DNA from: Eledone cirrhosa
Lineage: Eukaryota
Assembly (NCBI GenBank): GCA_964016885.1
Contig: OZ024741.1
Coordinates: 316,076,001 to 316,140,000, forward strand
DNA length: 64,000 bases
Direction: 5' to 3'
The notes under the pieces are model-generated. The model was not told where the DNA came from. It worked only from the letters and a program-made list of their open reading frames with translations, and ran no database searches. Of the stretch, positions 57,771 to 64,000 are shown piece after piece; the first letter of the stretch is position 1, and every line of letters begins with the position of its first letter. Made by a program: the position numbers and the translations under genes.

Positions 57771-59089
57771 TCGAAGTGCATATATTGTTCGAAAAGAGAA
57801 GAAACCGAAACATTATTCTCTGAAAGTTCCTTAAACTCTGAAGAAGGGAATTTTAGGTCCAGAAATATTAGGACGGAAGAAAGAACAGCAACAACAAAAA
57901 ACAAAACAAATATTAACAGGTAACTTACTTTTTCGTTACCTTATCTTACAGTCCATTTTGCATTGTTTAGCCTTATATCTCTTTCCACATTATATATCAT
58001 ATACAATACTTTAAGAAAACTACAACATTTTATTGTTCGAAAATTTCAGATCTTTTTCTTCAAATCGATATAATACTTTGTTTGGTATTTCTCTGTCGTT
58101 TAAAACTCGCACCTTTTTAGTTTAGTTTGGTTTTTGTAAGGCTTTTATCTTTCAAAATCTTCCACTTGATGTTATAATTGAAAGCCCTTTCTTTCAATTG
58201 TCAGGTCTAATCGATTAATTTTATTACATTTACCAAATCGGTTTGTCCGATTGTAGTATATGTTTAGATATATCATCAGTCAGGCCAGTGTCACATCGAG
58301 GTTAGATTTGTAGTAGTAACCTCCGCTTCATATAAGAAGGATCCAGTAGAGTAGTTTCTATGTTGTCACCCTACTTCACGTTTTTTTTTACCCTCCAGTG
58401 TCGTGAGGATGTTGCTTTGAAATGTATCGTGAGCAAATAGAGCAACGTTATGATATGATTTGAGGGAGATTTAGTTGCTTTCTCTAGCATTTTAAGGGAC
58501 CACATGAGGCTTCCTCGTTGAGTTATTACCGTTGTTGCTGCTGATGTAGCTGATATTTGCATTGCAGCTGTTGCTACTTCTGCTGTCACCGCCGTTTTTG
58601 TTCTTGATACTCTTCTTGTTTATTCCATCTTGCCTTCAGTCTTATATCAAATGCAGCTGTTGTACACGATGGTTACAGCTTTTGCTGCAGTTTTAATTGG
58701 TGATGCTGCTGCTATTGGAGGTGTGGGTGAAACTTCTGCTGTTGCTGGTGATGATGGTGGTGGTGAGAGTGATGGTACTGCTGCTGGAGGTGGGGATGGT
58801 GCTGGTTCTTGTAGTGCCTGAATCGATTTAAATAATTAAAGTTATTTACGAGTTAGTGATAATCGTCGTGTGGGTGGTGATTGTGGTGGCAGTGGTTGAA
58901 GTGATCGTAATGGTGGTGGTAATTATTATGATGATGGTGTTGATAATATTGAAGATGATGATGATGATAGTGGTGTTAATGTTGATGACGATGAGGATGA
59001 TAATGGTGATGATGATGATCATCATCAATAGAATATTAACAATATTATTATATATTATAGAGCTTATCGATAGATCTTTAGCCATCATT

Positions 59090-60980
59090 GTATGTATTGA
59101 CAGACGTAAACACCTTGTCTTTACATACAGTATCTATAGAATATTTAGCCAATAAGTTATGTCCAAATAGATGTAAACACCTTGAGTTTATATAAAATAT
59201 CTATAGATTTTTATACAACAATCCATTTGTTTATACAATGTATGTATAAACAGATGGAAAACATCTTGCCTTTATATGCAGTATCTTCGTGGTTAGTTTC
59301 ATTGCTAGTGTACTACATACAGTACGACAGAATATAGATTTGTATTCAACATTGTATGTAATAAGCAGATATAAACATTTTGTTTTTATATACAGTATTT
59401 ATAGATTTTTAGCCAACAATGAATGTATAGATAGATGTAGCCACCTAGTCTTTATATACAGTATCTATAGATTCTTAGGTAACTGTATGTACACTTGTGA
59501 ACATCGTGTCTTTATATACAGTATATAGATTTTTATCCAACAATGAATGTATAGACAGATGTAGACACCTAGTCTTTATATACAGTATATATAGATTCTT
59601 GGGCAACTGTATGTATAGAGAGATGTAGACATCTAGTCTATATATACAATATATATAGATTCTTAGGTGATTGTAAGTATAGACAAATGTGAACACCTAG
59701 TCTATATATACACTATCTATAGATTTTTAGGTAACTGTATATATAGACAAATGTGTATATCATGTCATTATATACAGTATATTTAGATTCTTAGGTAACT
59801 GTATGTATAGACAGATGTGTATATCATGTCATTATATACACTATATTTAGATTCTTAGGTAACTGTATGTATAGACAGATGTGTATATCATGTCATTATA
59901 TACACTATATTTAGATTCTTAGGTAACTGTATGTATAGATAGATGTGAACACCTAGTCTATATATACACTATCTATAGATTCTTAGGTAACTGTATGTAT
60001 AGATAGGTGTGAACATCATGTCTTTACATACATCATCATTATCATCATCACACGGCGTCCTCAGCCGAAATCGGCTCACCAATTAATCTCCACGTGGGGC
60101 TGTCGTTCATTGCCGTTGCCAAGTCCTGGATTTCAATACCAGAATCTCTGAAGATGACATTGGGATAGGAGAGCTTGCATCCCCTGTATTAGTGGTTTCC
60201 AAAGCACTAATAAGGACATATCGTCATAGGTAGCACGATGGCAGGAGCCAGCAAATCATGTTCTCCTTTTACGTACAACGACAGATATGCGTGGGAGGCC
60301 GGCATATATTTCTTTCGAGGTCAGATGTCGCCAGTTTATGTCTGAACGTAAAGAAGTAGGCGAGTGTAGATGCCATCAAGGCGCTATGGTTTGGATGAAA
60401 GCGTCCATGTTTCACTTGCATATAGCAAGTTTAGTTGAATTGTTACTTGGAAGAGTCTGGTTTTGGCGTGGTTGGAAAGATTTGAGCGCCAAACTCGATC
60501 GATCTTGTTGCAAACTGACCATTCTTGGGCCTTTCTGGTGGCAAAAACCTTCCCAGAGTCCGTGATCCTGAACCCAAGATACTTAAAATCCTCGACTTGC
60601 TTGATATCACTGCCTTTGATTGCTTTGACGTTGTTGCCTGTAATGTTTGATATGTACTCTGTTTTACCCTCGTTGGGATGATGGATAACGAGGGCGGCTG
60701 CTTCCTGGAGAGATGTCAAAAGTTGTTGCGTATTTTCTAGGCAATCTGCAAGAAGTGCAATGTCATCAACAAAGTCAAGGTCAGTGAGATGTTTAGAGGG
60801 ATGCCTAGAGCTCATGTGGGATTTCATTGTTATACCTTTGTTATTGATTTTGTCAGTATCTATAGATTCTTAGGTAACAGTATGTGTAGAGATGTGTATA
60901 TCATGTCTTTATATACGATATATATAGATTCTTAGGTAATTGTATGTGTAGATAGATGTGAACATCGTGACTTTATATAC
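59090..60980. repeat. 64-bp tandem satellite interrupted by an RTE insertion
   Basis: ttaggtaactg at 59791, 59855 and 59919 (period 64). The array resumes at about 60855. Confidence 0.9.
60030..60855 (-). mobile_element. 5'-truncated RTE LINE with a (TGA)n tail
   Basis: LTDLDFVDDIALL..KTEY..FKYLG..LLYASETWTL. (CAT)n at 60029-60050. Confidence 0.85.
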
Positions 60981-61754
60981 ATTAAATTAGTAGACAGAAA
61001 ATGTGAGATAAGCAAGATTTTAGAAAATTCTGTGTTGTTTAACGTAATGATCATGGTGATGATAATGACGAGGGTGTATGATAAGAATGATGTTGGTGAG
61101 GATTATAATGGTGGTGGTGGGAGAGGGGGTAGACGATTAATGTTGACAGCATTGATGAAGATGACGATAATGTTGAAAATGATAAAGATGATTATTACGA
61201 GGGTGACAGTGACGATAAAGACGATAAGGATGACGACAAAGTTGTTAGAGGAAACGATGAGGATTATACTTGCTAATGATCTTAGTTTGTGTTGTGCGCC
61301 CGTTGTAAGTCACCAACGACACCGGGTGTACAACTTATAATATGATTGAATCACGCGATACCACCATATCACATGACACCCATCTGTCTGTATATCAGTG
61401 ACTAGTTGTCTCCCTTTACAATGTATATATGTGATAGTCGTGGTGCCTATGTTCGTCTATGTTTGCGTGCCTGTGTACATTGCTATCTGTGTATGTTTGC
61501 GTTTGTTTGTATGCGTATATGAACATTAGTGTACATGGTTGTGTACACGAAAATCTAGGTACGTGGGTGTGTACATATACATTTGTATATGTATGTGTGT
61601 GTGTGTGTAGTTGTGCGTGTATGATTATGAATGCGTTTCTCTTTCTCTGTATATATGTCTGCGTGTGTCTTGATTGTAGAGGTGATCGTGTGTCTATGTA
61701 TTTCATTGCGTGGCAGTCTATATATATATATATATATATATATAGATAGATATG

Positions 61755-64000
61755 TTTCTTTTATTTACCACCAGGGCATCAAAAGTGGGACAAGTACAAT
61801 GGGGTAGTTTACAAAACAAGGCGTCCTCAATAAGGAGGAGGCAATAACAAAATATAAAAAAATAAAATAAAATATAACAAAAGATAAAATTTATAACAAA
61901 GTCCTCAATAGAGAGGAGGCGCCTTGGGGGGTCGCACACACCCCCGAAAAAAAGTGTGCAACCCTTTTCCTCGGGAGCACAGAGAAGGGGTGCTCCCTTG
62001 GTCTTTCATCTTCCTCACCTATAGTCTGATGTAGAGTGAAGGCCCATTCAGACGGGCCATTCTCGCCACTTTCACCCATCTTTCATAAAAACGGCTGGGG
62101 TGCAGCACCTCTCTCTCCATCCTGATCCTTCCTCCGAAATGATATCGGAAGAAACGGACCAGTTGTTGGCCAGAGAGAAAGGTGTCTGACCTCAGTCCTT
62201 TCAGACGCGTCCACCATACAACCTCTTTCGCCATGGCTATTACGCACAGAAACACCGCCTCTTCTTCGTTTTTGAAGAGGGGAGGCGGCTTTATCGTTAC
62301 AATAGACTCGGTGGTCAACCGGATCGGTCCCACCCTTGACAGCAGTTGTTCGACATAGCCCCACAGATCGGCAATACCCGGGCGCCCGTGTCTGTAGAGC
62401 CTTTCTCGAACGGACAGAGCCCTTCTGTAGCATTGCCAGGCCAGGGACCTCTGGAAGTTATCCATGGGTCCCGGGCTGAATGTCTTACCGAACAGGTTGG
62501 CCAGTTCGTCTTCCTCCATGCCTAGGGCTTCTCCGAGGGCGTCGTCGCACCTGCTAACCACCAGCCCTCTATAGAATGACGAGGTGGATTCTCCACTGAC
62601 AGCCGGGTCCGCCTGCCAGAGAGCCGTGAGTGCCTGGGCACACTTGGTGTGCCAGGCGCCCAGTTTTCTCGGTCTTTGCTTGACCCAGGATTGCAGCTCG
62701 GTGAGTGAGACGAGTCTGGGAAAGGCTCGCCTCACAAACGGGGCCCACACCGGTTGACCGGAGAGGAATACCTGAAGGTGCCGTAGCCTTAATGCCTGTT
62801 TACGTATCATTAGCCACGGCATCCCCAGCCCTCCTTTCGAAGGGTGTTGACAGCAGATGAATCTCCTCACCATAGGAGCCCGCTTCTTCCAAAGGAATTG
62901 GAAGAGTGCGCGCTCCATTTTGGCGAGCGTTTCCCTTGGGCAAGGCACAACGGTCAGGCGGTAGTAGATGACGGACGCTATATAAGTGTTCGCCACCTCC
63001 GCCCGACCTTTCAGGGACAGTTTGCACCTGGCCCACTTCTGGGTCAGTGCAAACACCCTGTTCGTTACCTCACCCCAGTTTTTCTCCACCTGGAGGTCTG
63101 GTCCGAACCAGACCCCGAGCAACTTCACCGGGCCCTCCGTCCAGCGCCCGACGACGCCATCGGAGGGCATCGATCTGCCCCTCCACGTGCCAAGTTGCAG
63201 ACCGATCGACTTGTCCCGGTTCAGCTTAGCCCCTGTAAACCTCTCGTACTCCACCAGTAAGGTGCCGATCGCCCCGATTTCCGAGGCCGTCGACACCATT
63301 ACTGTTACGTCATCGGCGTAGGCTGACACCGCTTTCCGCAATCCCGGTTCCAACGGGATGCCCTGCAACAACTCCAACTTCCGCAGCAGTGGCTCTAGAG
63401 TCATTACATACAGAAGGGAGGAGAGAGGGCACCCCTGTCGGATGGACCGCGCGATTTCGAACTGCTCCGAAAGGTAGCCGTTCACCTTGACCCTAGAGCA
63501 GATGCGGCTGCTGTGCATGGCATTGATCCAGCCCTTGAAAACGGGTCAGAAGCCTGCCGCCACTAGCACCGCATCCAGGTAACCATGGTCGACCCTATCG
63601 AATGCCTTAGATTGATCCAAGTTGATCAGAGCCCCACCAAAGCCGGGTTCGTTCCCAACCCTCTCTATGATGTATCGCATGAGGTGGAGGTTGTCGTGGA
63701 TGGACCTGGACGGGATAGCACATGCCTGCGCATCTCCCACCAGGTTGCCCACGACAAGCGCCAACCTCTTTGCTAGCACCTTGGCCAAAATCTGTAACTC
63801 TGTGTTTAGCAGAGTTATGGGCCTGAAGTTATTTATTTCGTCCCCCTTGTTCTCGTCCTTCCTCACTAGCGTGACTACGCCCTTGGTCACAGCACAGGGA
63901 ATTCTCCCGTTCTGTTGCCAGTTGCAGTAGACCGCCTCGAGGAGATCGGGGAACAAGTCCGGCATAGCTAGATATAGTTCGTATGGAAGACCATCGAGAC
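61755..64000 (-). mobile_element. L1/Tx1-like LINE, RT to 3' end, relatively intact; continues beyond the window
   Basis: NFRPITLLN, LDQSKAFDRVDH, RQGCPLS, AYADD and KLLGVW. AATAAA at about 61760, then (TA)n. Confidence 0.93.

Noticed and set aside
57790-57926. Possible host exon (open frame ending AG|GTAACT), or an HHR-like CTGAAGA..GAAA at 57838
   Set aside because: There is no recognisable homology or acceptor site, and HHR helix I is only 2 bp. RNA-seq would be needed.

Overview
Eukaryotic, AT-rich, repeat-saturated DNA with no host gene I can support. The SINE and microsatellite complement resembles an octopus or other cephalopod genome (inference). The window is a nested collection of retroelements. 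These include RTE LINEs (one nearly full length, with three C2H2 fingers), R4/Dong-like LINEs with restriction-like endonucleases sitting in (CATA)n, L1/Tx1-like LINEs, and three tRNA-derived SINE families. It also holds Penelope-like elements (PLEs, Naiad-type GIY-YIG), micro- and minisatellites, and a 64-bp satellite. Most ORFs in the track are microsatellite artefacts. The main signal not visible in the ORF track is a set of type I hammerhead ribozyme (HHR) motifs: about 8 well-formed and several degenerate or half copies. Two carry the compensatory U3-A8 core. They lie in short non-coding units inserted in (TA)n, arranged as tandem, circularly permuted or fold-back copies. Together these suggest a retrozyme/PLE-pLTR system with a candidate Naiad-type driver in the same window. 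All folds were read by eye and are untested; boundaries are approximate.
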